Under the pieces are notes generated by a model. That model was not told the DNA's origin, made no database searches, and worked only from the letters and a program-made list of their open reading frames with translations. Of a DNA stretch of 64,000 nucleotides, positions 1 to 9,351 are shown piece after piece; positions within the stretch are counted from its first letter, which is position 1, and each line of letters begins with the position of its first letter. The stretch comes from an uncultured Staphylococcaceae bacterium (lineage in GTDB: Bacteria > Bacillota_I > Bacilli_A > RFN20 > CAG-826), in contig CAZCCJ010000009.1 of assembly GCA_964497235.1 (NCBI GenBank), positions 2,701 through 66,700 on the forward strand, read 5' to 3'. Position numbers and translations under genes: made by a program.

Positions 1-1
1 T

Positions 2-160
2 GAAAACAACCTCAAAAATAAGCTGCAGGCTTTTACCGAGGAGATGAAACCGAAAGAGCAGCTTAGACTTACGTTGATAACGCTTAATGGCTTAAAAGCA
101 AATGAGTATTCGGATATGGTTTTGTCGCAAATCGATGGCGATAAATTATTTGATTGCTGA
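2..160 (+). CDS. C-terminal fragment (window-truncated) of an ATP-binding protein, archaeal-ATPase/AAA-like family
   Basis: Manual translation from nt 2: ENNLKNKLQAFTEEMKPKEQLRLTLITLNGLKANEYSDMVLSQIDGDKLFDC*. It resembles the '...LTMITTYGL..NEYS..VQS.I..D.LF' tail of gut-bacterial AAA ATPases (recalled, not searched). Confidence 0.6.
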   Translation, partial: ENNLKNKLQAFTEEMKPKEQLRLTLITLNGLKANEYSDMVLSQIDGDKLFDC

Positions 161-176
161 TGTTCCTTTGAAGTTA

Positions 177-220
177 TAATTCCCTAAAACCTGCCAAAAA
201 ATATCAATTTTAGGGAATTA
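177..220. repeat. Perfect 13-bp inverted repeat with 18-bp spacer
   Basis: taattccctaaaa (177-189) / ttttagggaatta (208-220). Confidence 0.9.
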
Positions 221-312
221 TCCCGCAGCGATTTATTTATCCGTATGTATTACCTCGCTTTCGCGACCTCCTCTTTATGTTAAAATCAACGCGATAGAAA
301 AGAGGAAGAGAA

Positions 313-2691
313 ATGAACAAGAAAAACCTTCTGTTTACTTTGGCTTTGCCGTTATTGATATTAAGCGCCTGTGGCGGTTCTTCGGATTCATCGGAATCGA
401 AAGGTTCGGAATCGAGTGGGGATGTTATTTCTAGCGAAAGCCCGATTTCTAGCGAGTCTTCGAATTCGGAACATGCGCCATATGAGGTGAGCGATACCGA
501 ATGGAACAACGTTTTCTCGGCTTTTGCGAAGGATTACAACGCCACTTTGTTCATTTATGACAGCATCAGCAAAATCGATTCCTCAACCCTTTTCCTTTCG
601 AAGGTTCTTTTCGACGGGGAGGCGGCGCATGTAGACCTCGGTTTGGATTCCTCTTCGGATTCGTCCGATCCCAACATCACTGGAATCGAGACGAATGTGG
701 CAAAGGAATATTATTATTCGCGCGTTGGAGAGAAGATTTACCAATACTCTCCGCACGGCGATAGCCAATATAGCAAAACGGAGTTTCCGGGTTTCGAAAG
801 AACACCTTGGTTCATTTATGACACGATTGCCTCTTATTTCGTTTCTTCTTTTTCCTCCTTCCATTATGACGATGAAAGCAATTCCTATAAAGCGGATGAG
901 CTTTCTATCGAAGGCAACGACTATAAGGTGACGGGCACAACGGTTGTTTTCTCTTATGGGAAGTTGTTTTCAATTACAGGTTCCTATAGTGGAAGTTATT
1001 TTAGATTCACTGATATCGATATAACGGATGTCACGCTTCCGGGCGAGGATCAAATATATATTCCTGGCAAAGTCACCAAGTCGTTCTGGGAAAGCTCTCT
1101 TTCGAAGATGAGCGAAGAACTCAATTGCGAGTACAAAGTCTCCTATTCCTATGAGGACGAATACAGTTCTTATTATCTCGAAGACGTCCATAAGGTCGCA
1201 GGCGACGTGATGGAATCTAACTCGAGGTACGAAGACCATAAAAACACAAGCAACAACAGCAGCGATCATTGCTACTATTCGAAAGAAGGGGAAGTTTGCT
1301 ACAAATATTCCAAAAGCGGCGATTGGTACATGAAAACGTCATGCACCGATTACTTCAAAGATGTCGAAGATGCAATCCTTCTCTTCAAGGATTATTACGA
1401 TAGCTTCACGTTCTATCCGTCGATGAGCGCCAGCTTCTATGGCGTCTATTACGTTCCTTCTTTGGCGATCGCCGAAAAGACCTATAAGGAGGTTTACCTC
1501 ACTTTCGGGGATAAAGTTCCGGGAAAAATCTCTTATACGTCAGATGATGGCTATAACTATGAGATTAGCGGTTTCACTTGCATGGAGGTGACGCTCCCTA
1601 GCGAAAATGAGATATATAGGGAAGGAAAGGTCACCGAAAGCGAATGGAAAACAGCCATCGAAGAAGCGAAGGATGCGCTTGATTTCCGTCTTGTGGAGGT
1701 TCCCGTCGACGATTCATCGACGAGTCTTTCCGAAAGCGTCTATTTATGCGGCGGGAACGCTATCGAATATACATACGATTTCGTCTCCCAAAGTGGAGAT
1801 TCCGTCAGTGAACATGCCTATTATTCGCTCGAAAATTCCTCTTATTACACCTATAAGCCAAAAGGAGATTTCTGGGAAAAGACACTTGATAGCGAGGATA
1901 ATCCCGCTTCTTCCGATTGCTTCTCGCGCATGAAGGAATGCGTTGAGGTATTCGCCACTCATTTCTCCGATTTCTCTTTCGATATAGATAAGGGCGCTTA
2001 CGCCGCCTCTTCTCTTACGATCGGAGACTCCGTTTATAGCGATCTCGCCATAACCTTCGAAAGCTCCTCCTTAAGCAAGGTCGAATACACCTTGGATTTA
2101 GTTACATATACGATTAATGGATTCGGCACTCAGGACGTGACCCATCCAACAGACGACGATCTTTATCAAAAAGGCAAGGTTAAGAAAACGACTTGGGAAG
2201 ATGCGTTCTTGGACGCCGCTTCCGCTCCGCTAAACTGCTCGTATTCCTATAGCGACGGAAACATCGATTATGTTCTCAATATCTCAGGCGACGCGATCGA
2301 GAAAAAGATAATCACGAACGATCTCACGACTGGCAAATCAACCATCACGACCGTTTACGAAAGCAAAGAAGGGGATGCTTATTACCTTTATTCGGAAAGC
2401 GATTCGAAGTGGACTAAAGCCGAAGACGAGGAAGTCAAAAAAGATTTCGACGCCATTTCTTCAGCCATAATGCTTTTCTCGGATAACTATGACACGCTCG
2501 CCTATGACAAAAACATCGGAGAGTATCACGCTTCGTGCTCTACTATCGACGGAACGCTTTATCAAGATGTGAGAGTTTGCTTCGACAATAACGAGCTTTC
2601 TTTAATAAGATGGATGGCGAATGCCGCCGCTACCTCGATGATTGAAAACTTCGGAAGCGTCTCGATTACCCTCCCAACTGTCGAAGGCTAG
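313..2691 (+). CDS. Lipoprotein with four tandem ~185-aa repeats, function unknown
   Basis: Lipobox LILSAC, Ser-rich linker. Repeats open with EVSDTEW / GKVTKSFW / GKVTESEW / GKVKKTTW at aa ~57, 251, 437, 620 and close with (V/I)T(L/H)P. Confidence 0.8.
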   Translation: MNKKNLLFTLALPLLILSACGGSSDSSESKGSESSGDVISSESPISSESSNSEHAPYEVSDTEWNNVFSAFAKDYNATLFIYDSISKIDSSTLFLSKVLFDGEAAHVDLGLDSSSDSSDPNITGIETNVAKEYYYSRVGEKIYQYSPHGDSQYSKTEFPGFERTPWFIYDTIASYFVSSFSSFHYDDESNSYKADELSIEGNDYKVTGTTVVFSYGKLFSITGSYSGSYFRFTDIDITDVTLPGEDQIYIPGKVTKSFWESSLSKMSEELNCEYKVSYSYEDEYSSYYLEDVHKVAGDVMESNSRYEDHKNTSNNSSDHCYYSKEGEVCYKYSKSGDWYMKTSCTDYFKDVEDAILLFKDYYDSFTFYPSMSASFYGVYYVPSLAIAEKTYKEVYLTFGDKVPGKISYTSDDGYNYEISGFTCMEVTLPSENEIYREGKVTESEWKTAIEEAKDALDFRLVEVPVDDSSTSLSESVYLCGGNAIEYTYDFVSQSGDSVSEHAYYSLENSSYYTYKPKGDFWEKTLDSEDNPASSDCFSRMKECVEVFATHFSDFSFDIDKGAYAASSLTIGDSVYSDLAITFESSSLSKVEYTLDLVTYTINGFGTQDVTHPTDDDLYQKGKVKKTTWEDAFLDAASAPLNCSYSYSDGNIDYVLNISGDAIEKKIITNDLTTGKSTITTVYESKEGDAYYLYSESDSKWTKAEDEEVKKDFDAISSAIMLFSDNYDTLAYDKNIGEYHASCSTIDGTLYQDVRVCFDNNELSLIRWMANAAATSMIENFGSVSITLPTVEG

Positions 2692-2763
2692 ACGCTCGAT
2701 TATCGTTTTGATTGTGCTTCGTTTTCTATAAAACGATACCCCGATTTTATTCCAAAACCCATA

Positions 2764-2839
2764 TTGGAAAAATGGCAAAAATATCTAATTTTTTGTTGGA
2801 AAAATGGCAAAATTGCATTTTTTTCGCTTGGAAAAACGG
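2764..2839 (+). repeat. Three direct repeats with 32-bp period upstream of AAA ATPase
   Basis: ttggaaaaa(t/c)gg at 2764, 2796, 2828; the last copy lies in the -35 region of a TATAAT at 2849-2854. Confidence 0.85.
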
Positions 2840-2871
2840 ACATTAAGCTATAATATATGCAGTGGATAACT

Positions 2872-4224
2872 ATGTTATATAGAAAATTAAAAGAAAAGAT
2901 CAAAAATTGGATCAAAAACGGTACAAAACCAATGATGATCACTGGTGCAAGGCAGGTCGGCAAATCCTTCTTGATCAGAGAGACGCTCAAAGAGAGCGGC
3001 GTCGAGTATGTCGAATTAAATTTCATAAAAGACATATCGGCGAAGGAAATGTTCGAATCGTTGTTCAAAGATGGCCAAGCCTCTTTTAAATTGAAATTCA
3101 GCTTACTATGCAAACGAACGCTTCCGAAAGGCTCGATCGTTTTTCTTGATGAGGTGCAAGAAGTTAAGGAAGTGCTGACCGTTTTGAAATTTTTGGCCGA
3201 ACAAGGCGATTACCGTTATATTTTGAGCGGCTCGTTGCTGGGAGTGGAATTGACGAATTTGAGATCTGCTCCAGTTGGGTATTTGGAATCGTACGAGATG
3301 TATCCATTGGATCTCGAGGAGTTTTTCATCGCAAACGGCTTGACGAAAGAACTCATAGACTATTTAAAAGATAGATTCGAAAGTAAAGAGCCGGTCGACG
3401 AAACCATACACAAAACCCTGATGGATTCTTTCTATATGTATTTGGTCATCGGTGGCATGCCAGAAGCGGTGCAAACTTACGTCGACACACAAGACATGAA
3501 CAAAGTCATGAGCGTCCACAAAAACATAATCAACGAATACAAAAGGGATTTTACGAAATACGAGGAAAAATCCAAACTGAAGCTCATAAAAACTTACGAA
3601 CTTATTCCAAGCGAACTCGATTCAAAAAATAAAAGATATCAGCTGACAGATTTGGGCAAAAACACTAAGTTTGATAGATACGAGAATAGTTTCAATTGGC
3701 TTATAGATGCTGGAGTTGCCATACCGACTTATAACGTCACCGAATTTCAACTTCCGCTAGAGGCGAGTAAGAAAAGCAGCCTTTTTAAACTCTTTTTGTC
3801 CGACGTTGGACTATTGTCGTCGATGTACGGAAGGGCGACGATCGCCAAAATGCTGAATCGCGGAGAGAGTATAAATTGTGGTGCGATCTATGAGAATTTC
3901 ATCGCCCAAGAAATCAATGCTAGCGGCTTTAAGATGTACTATTTCAATAATAAAAAGCATGGCGAAGTCGATTTTCTTATAGAATACGATGAGAGCCTGC
4001 TTCCTATCGAAGTAAAATCCGGGAAGGACTACCAAGTCCATTCGGCGCTGACGTATTTCATGCAAACGCCATATTTTGATCGAGCCATAGTGTTCTCTAA
4101 TTACAATGTGTCAGTCAACGATAAAATCGTATACCTCCCGATTTATATGGCGATGTTTCTTAAGGACGTCTCGCCGATAGGAAAGATAGGCAAAATAGAT
4201 TTGTCTTCCTTAAAAATTCAGTGA
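2872..4224 (+). CDS. AAA_14-type ATPase with DUF4143 / PD-(D/E)xK-like C-terminus
   Basis: Walker A GARQVGKS, Walker B FLDEVQ, LSGS, IGGMPE, C-terminal EVDFL...PIEVKS. Start moved to ATG 2872 (MLYRK). Confidence 0.9.
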   Translation: MLYRKLKEKIKNWIKNGTKPMMITGARQVGKSFLIRETLKESGVEYVELNFIKDISAKEMFESLFKDGQASFKLKFSLLCKRTLPKGSIVFLDEVQEVKEVLTVLKFLAEQGDYRYILSGSLLGVELTNLRSAPVGYLESYEMYPLDLEEFFIANGLTKELIDYLKDRFESKEPVDETIHKTLMDSFYMYLVIGGMPEAVQTYVDTQDMNKVMSVHKNIINEYKRDFTKYEEKSKLKLIKTYELIPSELDSKNKRYQLTDLGKNTKFDRYENSFNWLIDAGVAIPTYNVTEFQLPLEASKKSSLFKLFLSDVGLLSSMYGRATIAKMLNRGESINCGAIYENFIAQEINASGFKMYYFNNKKHGEVDFLIEYDESLLPIEVKSGKDYQVHSALTYFMQTPYFDRAIVFSNYNVSVNDKIVYLPIYMAMFLKDVSPIGKIGKIDLSSLKIQ

Positions 4225-4356
4225 TAACGGCCACCTTTGATCTCGTATTGTTTCATAATATCTTTAAATTTTGCGATTTATAGCCAAAATTCGTTTCCCG
4301 CTTGCGCTTCGCTCGACGTTTTCTAGAATTTAGGTATTAGTGAGATAGGAGTTAGT

Positions 4357-5583
4357 ATGACCCAAGAAGATATGCGTTACGCGAAGAAGATCAAAGACTA
4401 TATTTTAAGCAGCTATAAGAACAATTTCCGTGAGCCTGTCGCCAACTTAAAGCATCCGTATCTTGTCCCAGGTGCCGCCTACAGGCATCAGCTATGGGAT
4501 TGGGACTCCTGGCTAACGGGGTTCGCATTGATGGGGATCAACGATCCTTCGATAGAGGAATACGAAAAAGGCTGCGTCCTTAACTTCCTCGATGCTCAAG
4601 ACGAGCAAGGGAGAATCCCCATTTTGGTTCAGGACACCCATTGGTGGCTATTCGCTTTAGATCCGAGGGTATTCACCAACATCCATAAGCCATGTTTGGC
4701 TCTTCATGCCGTCGAGATATCGAAACGTTATGGCGGTGCCGAGTGGCTGCGGGACGGATATCCGAAGATGCAAAAATTCATCGGATATTACGAGAAGCAC
4801 CAAAGAGATGATGAGACCGGACTATTTTTCCCAATCGATGATTTGGGATTAGGATTCGACAACGATCCAACGGCCTTTTATCGTCCGAAATGCTCTACAG
4901 CGACCATTTATATGAATTCCCTTATGCAAGCCGAATACCAAGCGATGTCCGATTTAGCGGCGATGCTAGGGTTATCGAACGAAGCAAAGGAATACGAAAC
5001 CAAATCGAAAGCCCTCGCCAAAGCCATCCATGACGAACTATTCGACACAAGGGACGGTTTCTTCTATAGCGCGGATATATCACTAAGGAAAGTCGATCCG
5101 AATGAATGGCTCCAAAGCGGGGCTCCGCGTAACTACCATTCCCTCCCGATGAGGATCGAAACGTGGGCCGGCATATTGCCTTTATGGAGCGGCATCGCCA
5201 CAAAGGAAGAGGCGAAAAGAGTGGTGGAAGAACATTATCTGAATCCGAACACTCTCTATAGCCCATATGGCATTCGTAGCGTCTCTAAAGCGGAGAAGAT
5301 GTTCCGGAACATCAAATCTGGCAATCCTTCCTGTTGGACGGGACCGATATGGATTAATGCCAATTATTTCACTTATATCGGGCTAAAGAACTATGGCTAT
5401 GACGATTTAGCCGAGGAGATGGCCCTAAAGACGATTAGGCTTCTTGGCAAGGACATCGATGAATGCGGCGAGTTCCATGAATATTACGATCCCGAGACCG
5501 GAGCGCCGCTAAATAACAAGGGATTCCAAAGCTGGAATTTCTTGGTTTTGTTGATGATCGACGACTTAGAGAAGAAAAAATAA
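4357..5583 (+). CDS. Trehalase-like (alpha/alpha)6 glycoside hydrolase (MGH1-like, GH63/GH37 neighbourhood)
   Basis: QLWDWDSW, GFDNDP, CWTGPIWINANY, FHEYYDPETG, FQSWN motifs; no signal peptide. Confidence 0.75.
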   Translation: MTQEDMRYAKKIKDYILSSYKNNFREPVANLKHPYLVPGAAYRHQLWDWDSWLTGFALMGINDPSIEEYEKGCVLNFLDAQDEQGRIPILVQDTHWWLFALDPRVFTNIHKPCLALHAVEISKRYGGAEWLRDGYPKMQKFIGYYEKHQRDDETGLFFPIDDLGLGFDNDPTAFYRPKCSTATIYMNSLMQAEYQAMSDLAAMLGLSNEAKEYETKSKALAKAIHDELFDTRDGFFYSADISLRKVDPNEWLQSGAPRNYHSLPMRIETWAGILPLWSGIATKEEAKRVVEEHYLNPNTLYSPYGIRSVSKAEKMFRNIKSGNPSCWTGPIWINANYFTYIGLKNYGYDDLAEEMALKTIRLLGKDIDECGEFHEYYDPETGAPLNNKGFQSWNFLVLLMIDDLEKKK

Positions 5584-5610
5584 AGGCGGAAAAGCATCAT
5601 TTGAATGATA

Positions 5611-5635
5611 AAAAGCCGTTAAATGCGGCTTTTTT
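5611..5635 (+). terminator. Intrinsic terminator after the GH gene
   Basis: aaaagccg-ttaaatg-cggctttttt. Confidence 0.7.
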
Positions 5636-5637
5636 AT

Positions 5638-5697
5638 GGAAAAAAACTACAATAAACCACGGAAAAAAACTACATTGGATGGCGGAAAAAAACTACA
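5638..5697 (+). repeat. Three identical 14-mers with 23-bp period
   Basis: ggaaaaaaactaca at 5638, 5661, 5684. Confidence 0.9.
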
Positions 5698-5762
5698 TTT
5701 TGTCAAAAATAATGGAAGGCCTAAGTTTTTTCCAAAATGGTTTTTTGAAAGCAAAAAATACA

Positions 5763-5818
5763 AATAAAGTGTTACTAACTTAAAATTTTTTGAGATAGTA
5801 ACACATAATCGCCTTTTT
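5763..5818. repeat. 56-bp direct repeat, left copy, with internal palindrome
   Basis: aataaagtgttactaacttaaaattttttgagatagtaacacataatcgccttttt; contains gtgttacta-N18-tagtaacac; one mismatch to 7096-7151. Confidence 0.95.
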
Positions 5819-5845
5819 AATATATAATTATTGAGGGAGAATGAC

Positions 5846-7072
5846 ATGTACATCAAAAGAAAAAGATATCTAGAACGCATTAGACCTTATTATGAATCGA
5901 ACTTGATCAAAGTCTTGACTGGCATAAGAAGATGCGGGAAAAGCATTCTCTTAAATCAGATAAAAGATGAGATAGTCGCCACGAAAGAGATCCCTGATAC
6001 GCATGTTATCTACATAAATTTTGAGGATTTGGCTTTCTCGAATATACATTCTTACCAAAGACTCAATTCTTATATCTTGAAAAGGATACGTGATGAGCGG
6101 AAGTATTACATCTTTTTGGATGAGATTCAGCATATCAAGCAGTTTGAGAAAGTCCTATCATCTTTGAAAGCGACCCAGAATGTCTCGATTTTCGTCACTG
6201 GAAGCAATTCAAAACTCCTTTCCGGAAGATTGGCCAGTTTGCTTGTGGGACGGTGCAAAGAGTTTAAGATAATGCCTTTCACTTATTCCGAATTCGTGGA
6301 GTATCACGAAGAAAACCATCTTCAACTTCCGACGAAGCCTCTTCTGAATTACTTAAGATGCGGTGGAATGCCGCAGAGGTTGGATTACGACGATGAGGAA
6401 GACATCAAAGAATATCTGAAGTCCGTTTTTTATGGAATCATTGACAAGGATATTTGCGCACCGAGCTCAAGAATAAAAAAAGAAACATTCCTCACTTTGT
6501 CCAAATATATTATCGAAAACGTCGGAAAGGAATTCTCATCCGAGAATGTGGTTTCCTTCTATAACCATAACAACAAAGACGGCGACATATACAAAGAGAA
6601 TGTTTACCGCTGCTTGGAAAAGATGGAAGAAGCGTGCCTCATTTCGCGCGTCAAAAGATACGACGTGCCGTCAAAAAGGACGCTTAAAAAAATCGAAAAG
6701 CAGTATGCGATTGACAACGGTTTTGTTTTGGCTTGTTCGGACACCAACAAGGTCTTCGTCTCTCATATATTGGAAAATGTCATATATAACGAACTCATTT
6801 TTAGGGGATATGACGTAAAAATCGGGAAAACATATAAAGGCGAGATTGATTTCGTGGCGATGAAAAATGGCAAGAAATGCTTTATCCAAGTTGCGTATGT
6901 TTTATCCGATGAAACGGTTTTGGAAAGGGAGATGTCTTCTTTTGCATCATTAAAAGACCCTTCTCCGAAATACATAATGAGCCTTGATGATTTTGATATG
7001 TCTCGAGATGGCGTCATTCATTTGAACGCTGAGGATTTTTTGCTAGGAAAAGCGGATATTTCGATAAGCTGA
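5846..7072 (+). CDS. AAA_14/DUF4143 ATPase
   Basis: GIRRCGKS, FLDEIQ, VTGSNS, GGMP, LENVIYNEL, EIDFV...IQVAY. Start moved to ATG 5846. Confidence 0.9.
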   Translation: MYIKRKRYLERIRPYYESNLIKVLTGIRRCGKSILLNQIKDEIVATKEIPDTHVIYINFEDLAFSNIHSYQRLNSYILKRIRDERKYYIFLDEIQHIKQFEKVLSSLKATQNVSIFVTGSNSKLLSGRLASLLVGRCKEFKIMPFTYSEFVEYHEENHLQLPTKPLLNYLRCGGMPQRLDYDDEEDIKEYLKSVFYGIIDKDICAPSSRIKKETFLTLSKYIIENVGKEFSSENVVSFYNHNNKDGDIYKENVYRCLEKMEEACLISRVKRYDVPSKRTLKKIEKQYAIDNGFVLACSDTNKVFVSHILENVIYNELIFRGYDVKIGKTYKGEIDFVAMKNGKKCFIQVAYVLSDETVLEREMSSFASLKDPSPKYIMSLDDFDMSRDGVIHLNAEDFLLGKADISIS

Positions 7073-7095
7073 AGAATCGTTCTTAATTGAAGTTC

Positions 7096-7151
7096 AATAA
7101 AGTGTTACTAACTTAAAATTTTTCGAGATAGTAACACATAATCGCCTTTTT
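7096..7151. repeat. 56-bp direct repeat, right copy
   Basis: 55/56 identical to 5763-5818; begins 24 bp after the ATPase stop. Confidence 0.95.
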
Positions 7152-7226
7152 TTGTTTATATATCGGAATTTTCGTTCTACCTAATTAAATAAAAGATACA
7201 AAAATAAAAAAATGTTTCAAAAGTGC

Positions 7227-7255
7227 TTGACACAATATACATAGGTGCATACAAT
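7227..7255 (+). promoter_or_regulatory. Sigma-A promoter for the 538-aa gene
   Basis: TTGACA (7227-7232), 17 bp, TACAAT (7250-7255); ggagg RBS before ATG 7312. Confidence 0.8.
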
Positions 7256-7311
7256 GTAGCCATGGAAAGATACAAAACAAGCAAAAATGTATCTTCCAGG
7301 AGGTAACAAAA

Positions 7312-8928
7312 ATGAAAAAACACTTGATTGGATTATCGGCCTTGGCGATCTTGGCTGGCGGATGCGCTGCCAAAATGCCTAGTTCCTCTAATGAGGACAT
7401 AATCAGAGTCGATATGAGCGTCAATAGCCCATCTTACAAGCTAGAGGCTGATAATGTTGAGCTCGATTGGCTCTCACAGTCAATACTCGATAAGGGCACG
7501 GAATTCTTGAAATCGGGGATTTCCACTTTGGCCCTTTATACCTTCAAGACGGCGTGTATGGAAATGGGAATCGACGTCCGTGACGCGACGACTAAGAAAA
7601 TAGATCAGATACTTTCTCAGCTCAACCAAATCGAAGTCGAGCTTAAGGAAGGCTTCGAGAGCTTGACCAAGAAGGCACAGCAAGTCCAAGACACCGACAC
7701 CATGAATAAGATCTTGGCTAGGATAAACGAAGTCAAATCGCCGATTCTCGCCGAGATGAAGGTTCTTGAGGCCATCGCCGAGAAAGAGGACGCCGGAGTC
7801 GATCAAGAGACGATCGACAAAGAGAAAGCGGAGTTCATCAACGCCTTCCCGACGAACCTTAACTTCTATGGCCTTAGCAATAAGGTGTGGCACTCGACCG
7901 AGCTTCTTGCTCAGCAATTCACCTCTCCTAACTCGGTGAAGACGAGCCAAACCTTGATGGAGCTATATGACAACACCTTAGGCGCAAACGACATCTGGGA
8001 TTACCAAAGCTATGCCCCGAGGATGAACTTCGTCAAAGAGTGCGCCTTCCTTATCAACTCCATGGCGCTTCTTGGAAAGATCGAGGCGGCCAATGAGATC
8101 AGCAAATACGCTCCAGGGGATTCGAATATCGAGGGCATCAAGACGGCGGTTGAGCAGATGTGCGCGGCCGTCAACACCGTTAACGGCGTCTTCCAAAAGG
8201 AGCTCCAGAAGCTCTATACCATCAAGCAGAATCACGACGATCCGGAACGCCCGACGATGTCGCATTTGAAGAGAACCTTCGATAGCAGCGGCTATGTCCA
8301 CGTCACCACCGATTATACGGTGTCCGCTTACATCGCGACGATCGGACTTAATAACGTCGTTTGGAAGAATACGGTAGACGACTTCTATAACGATGGGACG
8401 AGCCATTGCTTCAAGACTTACGTCGCAAGCACCGACTTCTACTCGATGCTCTATAGCGACTACTCCTTCTACGTGAATAATTACAAGGTCGATGAAGACT
8501 ATAACCTCAAGTACTACTTAAGGGATCTTGGCTTCAGGATACCGGATGGCAAGCAAGACGACTTCGACGAAGCCATTGGTATCTATAAGAACATCGATGT
8601 GAGAAGGGAAGACAGAGGCTTCTTAAGGGGAGTCGACTACTACGCCCGTTATAACTACTACGATTGGAATGGCAAGCTCTCGAGCAAAGACTATTGCCGA
8701 GTGGGCGAGACGTTCTGGAAGCATTACGACGATGAATCGCTCTACCAGGATGCCATCAACAAAAAGATGATCGCCTTCATGAATGCCGATAATGCGACGT
8801 TAAACGGTGGCGTCACCTGGACCATTGCCCATCGTGATAGCAGCGATACTTCTGAACTCATCAACCACTTCTACATGGGTGACTCATATAACTACGGCAC
8901 AACCGCAAGATATAGCATCCATTGGTAA
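7312..8928 (+). CDS. Secreted lipoprotein of unknown function with long helical/coiled-coil N-half (toxin-like); paralogue of 10700-12340
   Basis: Lipobox LAGGC; GIDVRDATTKKIDQILSQLNQIEVELKE; Tyr/Asp-rich C-half. Confidence 0.7.
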   Translation: MKKHLIGLSALAILAGGCAAKMPSSSNEDIIRVDMSVNSPSYKLEADNVELDWLSQSILDKGTEFLKSGISTLALYTFKTACMEMGIDVRDATTKKIDQILSQLNQIEVELKEGFESLTKKAQQVQDTDTMNKILARINEVKSPILAEMKVLEAIAEKEDAGVDQETIDKEKAEFINAFPTNLNFYGLSNKVWHSTELLAQQFTSPNSVKTSQTLMELYDNTLGANDIWDYQSYAPRMNFVKECAFLINSMALLGKIEAANEISKYAPGDSNIEGIKTAVEQMCAAVNTVNGVFQKELQKLYTIKQNHDDPERPTMSHLKRTFDSSGYVHVTTDYTVSAYIATIGLNNVVWKNTVDDFYNDGTSHCFKTYVASTDFYSMLYSDYSFYVNNYKVDEDYNLKYYLRDLGFRIPDGKQDDFDEAIGIYKNIDVRREDRGFLRGVDYYARYNYYDWNGKLSSKDYCRVGETFWKHYDDESLYQDAINKKMIAFMNADNATLNGGVTWTIAHRDSSDTSELINHFYMGDSYNYGTTARYSIHW

Positions 8929-8987
8929 GACGATAAAAACTTCGGGGGTGCTTCTAAAGGGCGCTCCCGGAAACCTCCTATCTATAG

Positions 8988-9014
8988 CCCCTGCTTAAAC
9001 GGCAGGGGTTTTTC
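8988..9014 (+). terminator. Intrinsic terminator
   Basis: cccctgc-ttaaacg-gcagggg-tttttt. Confidence 0.8.
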
Positions 9015-9351
9015 GTTGAAGAAAAATGCAAATATTGCAAAAATCTTCAGTGAATGTGCATTGGCAACTTGGAATTAAACATTTTATGTGGTCGAAATGC
9101 GGACAAGAGTTCGAATAAGATTCTCTATGACGAAGAATGGAATCATTACCAATTTTAAAACGACAAAGCTTTTATTGATATTATGGTATTTTATTATGAA
9201 GTTTTATCTTAAAGATCGAAATTGATATACGAATGTAAGTAAGGCAAATATGTTTTCATTTCATCGGTGAAATAAGCTTTATGCTTTATCGATTTATAAG
9301 CAGACTCTTTCGTCCGTTTGATTTGCTGCATAAGTACTATCGAGAGGCGCT

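Noticed and set aside
9015-9345. Further decayed ATPase on the + strand (ILCGRNADKSS)
   Set aside because: Walker-A similarity is too weak and no other motifs support it.
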